A stretch of 64,000 bases of DNA from an uncultured Gammaproteobacteria bacterium (GCA_964638415.1 CAZWYP010000002.1:33997-97996); one strand, 5' to 3'; positions 1-9,775 are shown, counted from the stretch's first letter. Notes: generated by a model from the letters alone, not told the origin. Made by a program: numbers and translations.

Positions 1-1668
1 GGAGTGACGAAAATAAAAGAACAAGCCATTAATTTAGCTAAAGAGATTAATTGGTCTCCTGAGCATATTAAGGAAGGTCGTTTCGGCAAATGGCTGGAAG
101 GAGCGCGCGATTGGTCAATATCCAGGCAAAGATTCTGGGCTTCAGTTATGCCGATTTGGGTTTGTGATCATTGTCAGGAGAAGAGGGTTTTCGGTTCAGT
201 AAAAGATTTAGAGCAAGCTTCCGGTAAAACCGTCAATGATCTGCACAAGCATATTGTGGATCAGATAACTTTTCCTTGTGCTAAATGTTCAGGGACTATG
301 AAGCGCATTCCTGATGTTTTAGACACTTGGTTTGATTCCGGCTCCATGCCTTATGCTCAGTTCCATTATGATTTTGAAAACAAGGAAAAGTTTGAAAGTA
401 GCTTCCCTGCTAAATTCATTGCCGAAGGAGCAGATCAGACCCGCTGCTGGTTTTATTATCTCCATGTCATCGCTACCGCCATTAAAAACAGTCCCGCCTA
501 TAAGAATGTAATTGTGAATGGCATTGTCTTAGCCGAAGACGGCAAAAAAATGTCTAAGAAGCTGAAGAATTATCCGGAACCTACGGCGATAATTGAAAAG
601 TATGGTGCTGATGCTTTGCGTTTGTATCTATTGAATTCACCAGTGATGCTGGCGGAGAATTTGTCTTTTGTGGAAAAAGATTTACAAACTGTTTACCGTA
701 GGTTTACCACTCTTTTGCAGAATGTCTGCAATTTCTATGAAATGTTCAAGGGAGATTATTCAGCAGATGGAGATAATTTGTCGGAACTAAACAATATCTT
801 GGATCAATGGATTGTTAGTAAATATTATGTCTTACTGAGAGAAGTGACAGAGGCTATGGAGAGTTACAATCTAGTCAAAGCCACTAGGCCGCTATTGGAT
901 TTTGTTGATGATCTTTCCACTTGGTATCTCCGCCGCAGCCGTGATCGTTTTAAATCTGAAGATAATAAAGATGCAGAAGCTGCTGTTAAAACTCTAGCTT
1001 TTATCTTAAAACAATTTAGCAAAGTAATAGCACCATTTACTCCGATGACTGCGGAAATTATCTACCAGATGTTTAGTCCGGAAGAATCTGTTCATTTGCA
1101 GGTTTGGCCGGAGGTGAAAAAGGAATTGGTAAATCTGGAGGTGATAAAAATGATGGATGCTGTGAAGCAAATTGTGGAAGCGGCTCATGGCTTGCGCGCT
1201 CAAGGTAATTTAAAAGTTAGACAGCCTCTAGCTACCTTAGAAGTCAATTCAGCCGCTGGATTAGCTGGACAAGAAAACTATCTTAATATTTTAGCTGATG
1301 AACTTAATGTTGAGCAGGTTAAGGTAGTAGATAATTTAAGTGCGGGAGATAATTGGTTAACTGCACCGGTTAATAATTTTAATATTGCTTTAAATAAGGA
1401 GTTAACTGAAGATTTACAAGATAAAGGAATAGTCAGAGAATTGATCCGCTTAATAAATAACTTACGCAAAGAAGCTGGCTTAATTCCTACCGATCGCCCG
1501 ACTGAGCTTTATAGCACTAATTCTCAATATCTTTTGTCGGTAATTAATAAGTATCATGAAGAAATTGCCAAAGGCACTTCTGCCGGCAGTCTAGAGCAAG
1601 CAGAAAATATTACTGACGGTAAAATATTTCAAATTAACGAAGAGAATATAACTTTAGGATTAAAGTAA
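1..1668 (+). CDS. ileS: Isoleucyl-tRNA synthetase, C-terminal part (5'-truncated by the window edge)
   Basis: The ORF runs off the 5' edge of the window. It contains the class I KMSKS motif as 'KMSKKL', Cys pairs (CDHC...CAKC) typical of IleS zinc-binding regions, and an anticodon-binding-like C-terminus. Confidence 0.85.
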   Translation, partial: GVTKIKEQAINLAKEINWSPEHIKEGRFGKWLEGARDWSISRQRFWASVMPIWVCDHCQEKRVFGSVKDLEQASGKTVNDLHKHIVDQITFPCAKCSGTMKRIPDVLDTWFDSGSMPYAQFHYDFENKEKFESSFPAKFIAEGADQTRCWFYYLHVIATAIKNSPAYKNVIVNGIVLAEDGKKMSKKLKNYPEPTAIIEKYGADALRLYLLNSPVMLAENLSFVEKDLQTVYRRFTTLLQNVCNFYEMFKGDYSADGDNLSELNNILDQWIVSKYYVLLREVTEAMESYNLVKATRPLLDFVDDLSTWYLRRSRDRFKSEDNKDAEAAVKTLAFILKQFSKVIAPFTPMTAEIIYQMFSPEESVHLQVWPEVKKELVNLEVIKMMDAVKQIVEAAHGLRAQGNLKVRQPLATLEVNSAAGLAGQENYLNILADELNVEQVKVVDNLSAGDNWLTAPVNNFNIALNKELTEDLQDKGIVRELIRLINNLRKEAGLIPTDRPTELYSTNSQYLLSVINKYHEEIAKGTSAGSLEQAENITDGKIFQINEENITLGLK

Positions 1669-1672
1669 GAGA

Positions 1673-2401
1673 ATGACTTTCAAAACCGATGCTTTTGTTT
1701 TGAAAATCAAGTCGTGGCGAGAAGCCGACCGGCTGTATTATTTATTCACTCCCCATGAAGGTATAATACAGGTAGTAGCCAGGTCAGCTGCTTCTTCTAC
1801 TAGTAAGATGGCTGGCCACTTGCCCAATTTTGGTAAAGCCAGAATAATGATTGGCCGCGGCAAACAAGACCACTTAGCCGGTGCTAGCTTAATCAAAGAC
1901 TATGCCAGTCTGCGCACTGATTTACGCAGTATGTCCTTGGCCTCTTCTGTTGCTGAAATTTTCCTGTCAGAATTATCTACCGGCACCAAATGGCAGGAAT
2001 ATGATTTACTGGAAGAGATTTTTACCTTATTGGATGATCAGCAGATAAGTTATGAAAAGAAATTATGGCTAGTCAGGGCTTTTTTATGGAAATTCTTGTC
2101 CATTGCCGGTTGGCAACCCCAATTAGATTACTGTGTTATCTGCTCCAAAGAAATCAAGCAAGGCAATTATCTGCCGGGGAGAGGAATTATCTGTGCTGAA
2201 CATCAAATTGCAACGACTTTGTCGATGAGTGAAAATCTGCTACAATTTTTAAGAGAGATCTTAATTCGCCCTCTGGCTGATATCTTGCAATTAGATATCG
2301 CTAAAGATTTAAATAAAGAATGGTTGCAGGCTTCTCAAGCGTATTACCAGGAAGTCTATGACCGTCCTTCCCAAGCTTTAAAACTATTTGTCTATGGCTA
2401 A
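1673..2401 (+). CDS. recO: DNA repair protein RecO
   Basis: Size is 242 aa. The N-terminus has an OB-fold-like sequence (DAFVLKIKSWREADRLYYLFT...), followed by a C-terminal CxxC...C zinc-finger pattern. This is the standard RecO architecture. Confidence 0.7.
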   Translation: MTFKTDAFVLKIKSWREADRLYYLFTPHEGIIQVVARSAASSTSKMAGHLPNFGKARIMIGRGKQDHLAGASLIKDYASLRTDLRSMSLASSVAEIFLSELSTGTKWQEYDLLEEIFTLLDDQQISYEKKLWLVRAFLWKFLSIAGWQPQLDYCVICSKEIKQGNYLPGRGIICAEHQIATTLSMSENLLQFLREILIRPLADILQLDIAKDLNKEWLQASQAYYQEVYDRPSQALKLFVYG

Positions 2402-4190
2402 AATAAAAAAAACCAACATTGACTCTGTGCGTCAGCCGGTAGTCAGAAAAAGCGGTTATGATGCGCCAGTTATTAGGTCAAGTTCCAGTGAGCGGGAAAT
2501 ACCCAAAGAGTATCGGACTTTTAAGCGGGCGCCCAAAAAGCATGGCGGTTTTGTCTTTTTATTATTCTTGCTGTTTATTGCTACTTTAGCCGGTTGGTAT
2601 TATTGGAATAATCAAGGTGGAAATTCAGCTAATCGGAGCTTAGAGTTGACTGTTGCTGGTCCCGGCAAGATTATTTCCGGCGATGAAGTAATTTACAATG
2701 TTAGTTATAAAAATACAGACAATGTTCCTTTAAAAGCGATGAAGTTGAGTGTTTTCTGGCCGGAAGGATTTTATTTTGACTCTGCTAGTCAAGCACCAAC
2801 TAATGATAATGCCAAAGATTGGCTATTACCAGATTTAGGTCCAGGCCAAACGGCTAATTTAGAAATTAAAGGGCAATTAGTCGGCAAAAAAGACGATGAG
2901 TTAAGAACCATCTTTAACTTAGATTACCAGCCGGAGAATTTCAGTTCAGATTTTCAGGAGAAAATTACCGTAACCACTAAAGTTATTGACCATAAATTGG
3001 AATTGAATATTCTGGCTGTCGCTAAAACCATGGTTAATGTTGAAGAAACCATTGAAGTGAAATACAAGAATTTAACGGATCAGCCGCTCAATGATTTATA
3101 TATTGACGTTATCTATCCTGATGATTTGACTATTGTCAGCGTTGAACCGGAAAAAGAAGGAGATTTCTGGCAGGTGAATTTGGAACCAGGCGAGGAAAAA
3201 ACTATTAAGGTGGTTGGTAATTTCGGTTTAGACAGTAATACCAGCCAAGCCTTAGTAGCGGAAATCGGGAATATGGTGAATAATGATTTTCGCCGTTTAT
3301 CTCGAGCTAAGCATGACTTTATTATCGTTAATCCTAAATTTTCTTTAGATTTGAAAGTTAATGGCTTAAATGGTGATCAGGCTATTAATTGGGGAGATAC
3401 TTTACGTTACCAATTAGAAGTGACTAATGATAGCTCAGCTGAAGTTACCGATGTTCAAGTGTCCGCTCTTCTATCTGGCGAATTATTAAATTGGGATAGT
3501 TTAGATACTGTTGGTTCTGGAGATGAAGGGCGCATTGTCTGGACCAGTGAGCAGGACCAGGAATTAGCTAATTGGCCAGCTGGTGCTAAGAAAGTGTTTA
3601 CTTGGGAGATTAAAGCGATTAATGAACCGCAGCCAGAAAGGTTAATTGAAAATATTATTCAGATTAATATTGCCGGCCTTAATGATTGGCAGCAAATTGA
3701 CACACCGTCAAAATTAACTGTGGGAGAAAGCATTACCTTTAACAGCGGAGTGTATTGGGAATTAGGCGGAAGAAGAGTAGGCAGCGGTTTATTACCACCC
3801 CGGGTCGGTGAAGAAACTAAGTACTTAGTAATTTGGTCTTTGCCTAGCGCTACCGGCGATTTTGACGAAGTTAAAGTAGAAACTATTTTGCCGCCTAATG
3901 TGACTTTTGCCAATGAAGCTGATGTCGGAGAAGGAGAGTTGGATTTTGATGAAACTGATCGCTCAATAGTCTGGCAGCTTAATAATTTTAGCGATTTGCT
4001 TTTGCCGGTCACTTCTTCTTTTATGATCAGCGTAACTCCAACTGAAGATGATCGCGGCCAGGCCATGACTTTACTTAATGCGGTGACGGCCAGCGCGGAA
4101 GGTTTAGAGTCAGTAGTAGTACGTTCCAAGATTATTAAGACTTCAGATGTGGTGGCGGAAACTTCCGAACCAATCGGCATAGTCCAATAA
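2388..4190 (+). CDS. Membrane-anchored surface protein with repeated DUF11/CARDB-like beta domains
   Basis: A basic N-terminus is followed by a single TM helix (FVFLLFLLFIATLAGWYYW). The rest is about 500 aa of repetitive beta-rich modules with the motif VxYxxxxxNxxxxxL. It overlaps recO by 14 nt. Confidence 0.5.
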   Translation: MSMAKIKKTNIDSVRQPVVRKSGYDAPVIRSSSSEREIPKEYRTFKRAPKKHGGFVFLLFLLFIATLAGWYYWNNQGGNSANRSLELTVAGPGKIISGDEVIYNVSYKNTDNVPLKAMKLSVFWPEGFYFDSASQAPTNDNAKDWLLPDLGPGQTANLEIKGQLVGKKDDELRTIFNLDYQPENFSSDFQEKITVTTKVIDHKLELNILAVAKTMVNVEETIEVKYKNLTDQPLNDLYIDVIYPDDLTIVSVEPEKEGDFWQVNLEPGEEKTIKVVGNFGLDSNTSQALVAEIGNMVNNDFRRLSRAKHDFIIVNPKFSLDLKVNGLNGDQAINWGDTLRYQLEVTNDSSAEVTDVQVSALLSGELLNWDSLDTVGSGDEGRIVWTSEQDQELANWPAGAKKVFTWEIKAINEPQPERLIENIIQINIAGLNDWQQIDTPSKLTVGESITFNSGVYWELGGRRVGSGLLPPRVGEETKYLVIWSLPSATGDFDEVKVETILPPNVTFANEADVGEGELDFDETDRSIVWQLNNFSDLLLPVTSSFMISVTPTEDDRGQAMTLLNAVTASAEGLESVVVRSKIIKTSDVVAETSEPIGIVQ

Positions 4191-4191
4191 T

Positions 4192-5307
4192 ATGTTTAAA
4201 CTATTGAAACAATCTACCAAATCTCAAGCACGTTTGGGAGTGTTGGCGACTGCTCACGGGAAGATCCACACTCCTTTTTTCATGCCCATTGCCACCAAGG
4301 CGGCGGTTAAGACTTTAACAGCTTCTGATGTCGAAAGTCTTGGTGCTGAAGTAATTCTATCCAACACTTACCATAATTATTTACAGCCGGGACTAGAGAT
4401 TATTAAGAAGTTTGGTAGCTTGCACCAATTTATGCAAACCAAGCTTCCGATTTTAACCGATTCCGGAGGCTACCAGGTTTTTAGTCTGGCTAAGCTGAGG
4501 AAAATCAAGGGAGATAATATTGAATTCCAATCTCATATAGACGGCTCCAAGCATATTCTTAATCCCAAAAAAGTAATAGATATCCAAGTAGCTTTAGGTT
4601 CAGATATTATGATGATCTTGGATGAATGCGTCGGTTTACCAGCTAAAGATAGTGAATTAGTAACTGCTTTAGAACGGACTACGCGCTGGGCTAAGCAAGC
4701 CTTGCTTTACAAAAAGAAGCTTAATAAAAAGAATAAAATAAAACAGCAGCTACTTTTTGCTATTGTTCAGGGAGGAGATAATAAGCAATTGCGTTGGCGT
4801 TCGGTTGAGGAATTGTTAGCTTTGGAGCAGGAAGTAAAATTAGCCTGGGATGGTTTAGCTATTGGCGGTTTGGCAGTAGGTGAGCCAACTAAAACCATGT
4901 ATGAAGTTTTAGACTATACTTTGCCTAAATTACCAGTTAACCGTCCTCGTTATTTGATGGGCGTTGGTTATCCAGAGAACATCTTAGAAGCAGTTAAGCG
5001 GGGAGTGGACATGTTTGACTGCGTAATTCCTACCAGAGAAGCCAGACATGGTAGATTGTTTATCCGCACCAAAAAAGAACTGAAGGGTAAGTTCTATGAG
5101 ACTATTAACATTACTAATGCCAAGTTTAAAACTGATAAACAGCCAATTAACCAAAGTAATTTAAAAAATTATTCCCGAGCATATTTATACCATTTGTTTA
5201 AGACGCAGGAAACTTTAGGCTTGCGTCTGGCCACTTTAAATAATCTGGAGTTTTATCTGGATTTAATGAAAGATATTAGAAAACAGATTGCCAGTAAGAA
5301 AATATAA
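4192..5307 (+). CDS. tgt: Queuine/archaeosine tRNA-ribosyltransferase
   Basis: The N-terminus reads 'ARLGVLATAHGKIHTPFFMPIATKAAVKTL...LSNTYH'. It has the 'LAIGGLAVGE' motif and the CxCxxC/H zinc motif (DCVIPTREARHG), all typical of Tgt. Confidence 0.85.
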   Translation: MFKLLKQSTKSQARLGVLATAHGKIHTPFFMPIATKAAVKTLTASDVESLGAEVILSNTYHNYLQPGLEIIKKFGSLHQFMQTKLPILTDSGGYQVFSLAKLRKIKGDNIEFQSHIDGSKHILNPKKVIDIQVALGSDIMMILDECVGLPAKDSELVTALERTTRWAKQALLYKKKLNKKNKIKQQLLFAIVQGGDNKQLRWRSVEELLALEQEVKLAWDGLAIGGLAVGEPTKTMYEVLDYTLPKLPVNRPRYLMGVGYPENILEAVKRGVDMFDCVIPTREARHGRLFIRTKKELKGKFYETINITNAKFKTDKQPINQSNLKNYSRAYLYHLFKTQETLGLRLATLNNLEFYLDLMKDIRKQIASKKI

Positions 5308-5332
5308 AAATTACCGCTTGCCAGCGGTAATT

Positions 5333-5542
5333 TTATTTATCTGGTTCTTTATCTGTTAAGCCTTTAAAGATTAGGAAAATGCTTAAGATCAGGGCTAGAG
5401 TGAGCAAGGCATACCACTTAGCTTTATCTAGGGGATGAATTTCCGTTTTAGTTATAAAATAAACAAAAATGGTGATAAATAAGAAAAGAGTGCCAACGGT
5501 TAAATGGGATTTGACTGACCAGTCTTTTTTATTTTTATCCAT
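5333..5542 (-). CDS. Small hypothetical membrane protein (69 aa, 2 TM)
   Basis: Two hydrophobic helices. It is divergent from the 5649 gene. No homology was recognised. Confidence 0.3.
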   Translation of the reverse strand: MDKNKKDWSVKSHLTVGTLFLFITIFVYFITKTEIHPLDKAKWYALLTLALILSIFLIFKGLTDKEPDK

Positions 5543-5603
5543 ACTATTCTTAATTATCTTTAATTATTTTAATATAAAATCTTAAATTAGGCAATAAATT
5601 CTC

Positions 5604-5632
5604 TTGGTGAATAAAGATAAAAATGGTATAAT
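5604..5632 (+). promoter_or_regulatory. Sigma70-like promoter: TTGGTG-N17-TATAAT, with TGn extended -10
   Basis: The sequence 'ttggtg aataaagataaaaatgg tataat' lies 16 nt upstream of the ATG at 5649. Confidence 0.5.
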
Positions 5633-5648
5633 TTAGACAGTAAAAGAA

Positions 5649-6017
5649 ATGATAGTCCAATCAGTCAAAGTTTTGATTTGGGAGCTTTTTAAGGAAGTGA
5701 TCTATTTCCCGATTTGGTGGTACACCCAAGGCCTTAAACGCCACCTACTTTTTATTTGGCGCAGCATTGTTAATCTCAACCGTAATTTGTCTTTGGGCTT
5801 GATGCTTAAGAATATCGGTAAGCCGATGTTCGGCCAATATGATCGGGAAGGCAGAATTATTAGTTTCTTCATGCGTCTAATCCTGTTAATTAGCCGGACT
5901 TTTGTTTTTGTTTTATTTTCTTTGTTTTATTTTATTCTGCTGGCCGCTTGGCCGGTCTTACCTTTAATAGTAGCCTGGCTGATTGTTAACAACCTGGACA
6001 GTCTATGGATCCGATAA
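5649..6017 (+). CDS. Hypothetical membrane protein (122 aa)
   Basis: Hydrophobic C-terminal helices. Its stop overlaps the start of the downstream Clp-like ATPase by 13 nt, so the two are probably co-transcribed. Confidence 0.4.
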   Translation: MIVQSVKVLIWELFKEVIYFPIWWYTQGLKRHLLFIWRSIVNLNRNLSLGLMLKNIGKPMFGQYDREGRIISFFMRLILLISRTFVFVLFSLFYFILLAAWPVLPLIVAWLIVNNLDSLWIR

Positions 6018-8713
6018 AATTCACAACTTGCGATCAATGCCGGGGAACTGGCTATATCCAGCGGCGAAAATGCAGCTCCTGTTTTGGTTTAGCCCGTTTT
6101 CATTTTGACAATAATAATTTTATTTACTGGGAGAAGCCAATTAGCCGAACTAGTATTTTTGTCAGAGAAGCCAGATTAGTGCGCGACTTAGTGCTTAATG
6201 GCGTTTTAATCATCGGGGCGATTTTAAGCGTTGGCTTGGTTTACAAGATTTTAAACGCTGTGCAGTTTGATCCTAGGAATCTTTGGGATTGGCTGTTATC
6301 TTCCCATCAGGAGAATTTATGGCTGGCAGTTTTAGTTATTGCTGACATGTTCCTGTATTATCGTCTAGTGCTGCCCGGAATTAAGAAGAATATTAATTTG
6401 CAGCGCTTAAAAGACTCTAATGTTTTTACCAAGTATAATATTGCGGAAAGTTTAAGCCAGGAAGCAGAGAGTATCCTAGATAAAGCCTGGCTATTTGCCA
6501 GCTATAAGCGAGTTTGGCCCGTTACTGTCTGGCATCTATTGTTTATCCTCTTGAACGATAAAGACATCCGTTTAGTATTAGCGCGCTTAGGCGTTGGCTC
6601 GCAGAATTTGCAGCAGATTATAGATAAGAATTTACAGACCTTGGTAGCCAAGAATTTAACCAAGCCCATGACGGAAAAGACGGAATTAACTGATGAATTG
6701 AAAGATGTTTTACTGACCGCATATTACCATGCGGTTAAGCGCAAGGTCCGGCGGATTGAAGAAATAGACTTATTAGCCGGCTTGGTTCGCATCAGCCATG
6801 ATGTTAAGGATTTCTTCTATGAATTTGAAATTGACGACGACAAAATAGATAATGTTATTGCCTGGATTAAAATTAATTTAATTTTGCGTAATCGAGCCAG
6901 GTTTTACCGAACTAGGTCAATGTTCAAACCAAAGGGTGATGTTAATCGTTCATATACCGCCATTGCCACCCCTAATTTAGACGCCTATTCTCAGGATTTA
7001 ACCAGAGCAGCTAGGGCTGGCCAATTACCTTTGTCGGTAGCCAGGGAAAAAGAAATAGAAGAAATAATTAGAATTATAGAAAGTGATTTTGCTTCCGTAG
7101 TTTTAATTGGCCCGGGCGGAGTTGGTAAAGAGAATATTATTGACGGTTTGGCCAACCAAATGATGGCCGAAGACGTGCCCGAGCTTTTGCAGGATAAGCG
7201 TTTAGTCAGTTTGTCTATTCCTTTATTAATTTCCGGAGCTGGCGGCGAAGGCAGGCTGGAAGAAAGATTCTTGCGGATTTTAAATGAGATTGCTATTTCC
7301 GGCAACATTATTCTGTTTATTGAAAACATTCATCATTTAGTCGGAGTCGGTTCGGAAGGCTCGGAAGCCATTGATCTTTCCCATGTTTTAGCATCAGAAG
7401 TAAGGCAGAAGAACTTAATTGTCATTGGCAGCACCACTCCCCAAGAGTATATTGCTTCTTTGGAAGGCAAAGAATTGGGAGAAGTTTTAAGCAAGGTCAA
7501 AGTAGAGGAGCCAGATAAAAACCAATCCATTAAGATCATGGAGGCGCATGTCGGCTGGCTGGAGAATAAGCATCAGATTTATTTTACATACAATGCTTTG
7601 GAAAAGATTTATGATTTAACCGACCGTTATCTGCCTGACCAGTTTTTGCCCAGCAAAGCTTTAAGCATTATGGAAGAAGTGGCTTTAGTGGTGGGTAAGA
7701 CTAAGCGCCAGGATAGATTGGTAAGAGCAGAAGACGTCGCTCAATTGATTTCCCAAAAAACAGATATTCCGCTTACTCAGGTTTCGGAAAAAGAATCTTC
7801 CAAGCTGATGAATTTAGAAGAGGAGATCCACCAGCGGATTGTCGGACAGGATGAAGCAGTAAAGAAGGTAGCTAATGCTTTGCGCCGCGCTCGGGCAGAG
7901 TTAAGAGACCAAAAGCGCCCCATTGCCAATTTCTTATTCTTAGGGCCCACTGGTGTCGGTAAAACAGAATTAGCCAAGACTGTGGCGGAAAAATATTTCG
8001 GCAATGAAGAGAATATGATCCGTTTGGATATGTCGGAATACCAGACACAGGCTAACTTAGATAGGCTGATCGGCTCTACTCAAGCCGGCAAGCCCGGATT
8101 GCTTACCGAAGCAGTCAGGCACCAGCCCTTTGCTTTATTGTTATTGGATGAAATAGAAAAAGCGCATCCGGATATTCTCAATATCTTTTTGCAGGTAATG
8201 GACGATGGCAGGTTAACTGATGCTTTAGGTAGAACCGTAGATTTTACCAATTTAATTATTGTCGCCACCTCCAATGCCGGCACGCAGTTTATCCAGGACC
8301 AGATTAGGAATAATATCCATATTGAAGACATCACCAGTCAATTGGTTAATAATGAATTGAAAAATAATTTCCGTCCGGAATTTCTCAATCGTTTTGACAG
8401 CATTGTGGTTTTCCGTCCTTTGACTCCGGAAGAGATTTTCCAGATTGCCGGCTTATTGTTAAATAAAGTAAAGAAAAGATTGGAAGCTAAGGGTATTTTC
8501 TTGGAAGTGACCAAAGAAGCACAGGCGGAATTGGCGCAAACTGGTTTTGACCCGGTCTTTGGTGCCCGGCCTTTGCGGCGGGTAATTCAGGATAGGGTAG
8601 ATGATGCTTTAGCTAGATTTTTGCTGCAGGGCAGCTTGAACCGGCGGGACATAGTTATCTATGATGTGGGCGGTCAGATTAAAGTGAAAAAAGCTGAGAA
8701 GTATCAAGGGTAG
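6005..8713 (+). CDS. Membrane-anchored ClpB/ClpC-family AAA+ chaperone with an N-terminal DnaJ-type zinc finger
   Basis: The N-terminus has CDQCRGTGY...CSSCFG (CxxCxGxG). Two TM helices follow, then a Clp-N-like region. NBD1 has Walker A 'GPGGVGKE' and Walker B 'ILFIEN', both degenerate. NBD2 has Walker A 'GPTGVGKT', Walker B 'LLLLDEIEKAHPD', sensor 'ATSNAG' and arginine finger 'GARPLRR'. There is no IGF/IGL ClpP-binding loop. Confidence 0.8.
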   Translation: MDPIKFTTCDQCRGTGYIQRRKCSSCFGLARFHFDNNNFIYWEKPISRTSIFVREARLVRDLVLNGVLIIGAILSVGLVYKILNAVQFDPRNLWDWLLSSHQENLWLAVLVIADMFLYYRLVLPGIKKNINLQRLKDSNVFTKYNIAESLSQEAESILDKAWLFASYKRVWPVTVWHLLFILLNDKDIRLVLARLGVGSQNLQQIIDKNLQTLVAKNLTKPMTEKTELTDELKDVLLTAYYHAVKRKVRRIEEIDLLAGLVRISHDVKDFFYEFEIDDDKIDNVIAWIKINLILRNRARFYRTRSMFKPKGDVNRSYTAIATPNLDAYSQDLTRAARAGQLPLSVAREKEIEEIIRIIESDFASVVLIGPGGVGKENIIDGLANQMMAEDVPELLQDKRLVSLSIPLLISGAGGEGRLEERFLRILNEIAISGNIILFIENIHHLVGVGSEGSEAIDLSHVLASEVRQKNLIVIGSTTPQEYIASLEGKELGEVLSKVKVEEPDKNQSIKIMEAHVGWLENKHQIYFTYNALEKIYDLTDRYLPDQFLPSKALSIMEEVALVVGKTKRQDRLVRAEDVAQLISQKTDIPLTQVSEKESSKLMNLEEEIHQRIVGQDEAVKKVANALRRARAELRDQKRPIANFLFLGPTGVGKTELAKTVAEKYFGNEENMIRLDMSEYQTQANLDRLIGSTQAGKPGLLTEAVRHQPFALLLLDEIEKAHPDILNIFLQVMDDGRLTDALGRTVDFTNLIIVATSNAGTQFIQDQIRNNIHIEDITSQLVNNELKNNFRPEFLNRFDSIVVFRPLTPEEIFQIAGLLLNKVKKRLEAKGIFLEVTKEAQAELAQTGFDPVFGARPLRRVIQDRVDDALARFLLQGSLNRRDIVIYDVGGQIKVKKAEKYQG

Positions 8714-8736
8714 ATTTAAAATTAAAAATTTAGATT

Positions 8737-9159
8737 ATGAAAAATAAATTTGTTAAATTATATATTTATTTATCTATAGTATTTTTTATTATATTATTAG
8801 GCTATGATACATTATATTTTTTTCTGTATGCTTACGTTGGAGAAGTTTTATTAGATAATATAAGCTTTTTAAATTTTTATGATAATTATCAACTATTAAA
8901 AGATTTAGCGGAAACGATATTTTTTGTTTTATCTATAATAATTGTAGTTTATATTTTAATTAAAAAGATATCAAAATACTTACTATTCATCCCAGTAATT
9001 TATTTTTTTACAGTGATTATTAATTTATTAGTTAATTTTATTATTCCTTATACAAGCTCAAGAGCTTTTATGGTTAATTTAATTTTTAATGTGGTTGATA
9101 TCATTTTATTTATATTAGCGATATTTATTTGTTTTAGGTCATTAAAAATGATAAAATAA
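8737..9159 (+). CDS. Hypothetical polytopic membrane protein in an extremely AT-rich islet
   Basis: 140 aa, about 4 TM helices, Ile/Phe/Tyr/Asn-rich. The local GC is far below the window average. Confidence 0.4.
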   Translation: MKNKFVKLYIYLSIVFFIILLGYDTLYFFLYAYVGEVLLDNISFLNFYDNYQLLKDLAETIFFVLSIIIVVYILIKKISKYLLFIPVIYFFTVIINLLVNFIIPYTSSRAFMVNLIFNVVDIILFILAIFICFRSLKMIK

Positions 9160-9295
9160 TTTATATCTATAATAGGCTTAAATTTGTATTGATATTTATA
9201 CCCCCCAGTTATTACTAGAGGGGTTTTATTATTGACAAAAGAATAGTTATAGATTAGATTATAACGATAATTTTGTTCATCTAAAATGGGAGAAG

Positions 9296-9775
9296 ATGAT
9301 GAAGAAGCTTTCTTTGCAGTCTTTGGCGCTGGTATTCCTGATGATTTGGTTGGGCGTCAGCGCTGGCAGATTGGTTATCCAAGTGATTTGGTTACATTTT
9401 CAGCAGGAAAGCCTGCGAGAATACATTGCCGAATTGCAGCAAAAGGGAACTGAGACTGAAGCCAGCGACTTGTCAGTTTATTTTGATGAGGCAGGTCAGG
9501 CTGAAATTTGGTTCTTTGTCGCTGAAGAGAACAGCGATGTACGCCTTGATTTTTTTGACACCAACTCTGATTTGGTGGAAAGTTCGGAGGAAATGGTTTG
9601 CCAAACCGGCGTTTATATCCTTAAGTTCCCTGTTCTCCGTCACCAGCTATCTGGCGTTTATTTCTGCCGACTGATCCGCAATGAAGAGATTGTCAGGATC
9701 ATCAAATTCGTCTACTTAGCTGGCCAAGCTAATAACTCCGCTCGTCCTGAATGGGCGGAGTTTTTCTTTTTCTAA
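9296..9775 (+). CDS. Hypothetical secreted/membrane-anchored protein (159 aa)
   Basis: The N-terminus is signal-peptide-like (MMKKLSLQSLALVFLMIWLGVSAG). No recognisable domain. A possible promoter TTGACA (9233-9238) lies upstream. Confidence 0.4.
   Translation: MMKKLSLQSLALVFLMIWLGVSAGRLVIQVIWLHFQQESLREYIAELQQKGTETEASDLSVYFDEAGQAEIWFFVAEENSDVRLDFFDTNSDLVESSEEMVCQTGVYILKFPVLRHQLSGVYFCRLIRNEEIVRIIKFVYLAGQANNSARPEWAEFFFF

Noticed and set aside
1006-1469. Minus-strand ORFs of 60-175 aa inside ileS, and likewise inside the DUF11 gene, the Clp-like gene, the ABC transporter, glyQS, the M16 peptidase, metG, helicase, gyrB, der, the LCP gene and the giant protein (e.g. 3659-4180, 6991-7329, 11031-11360, 38194-38538, 57016-57408)
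   Set aside because: They are entirely embedded antisense or alternate-frame within well-supported long genes. Their low-complexity composition is typical of shadow ORFs. None has independent start or RBS support.
9160-9295. tRNA genes in this and other intergenic regions (5543-5648, 21138-21222, 28799-28915, 37174-37291, 41628-41772, 51269-51428, 53481-53638)
   Set aside because: No cloverleaf-compatible segments with a T-loop (GTTCRANYC) or D-loop signature were seen. These spacers are AT-rich promoter/terminator DNA.
9426-9674. Plus-strand 82-aa ORF overlapping the 9296-9775 gene in another frame
   Set aside because: Alternate-frame overlap with a longer ORF. The overlapped ORF's product is Arg/Lys-rich junk-like sequence.
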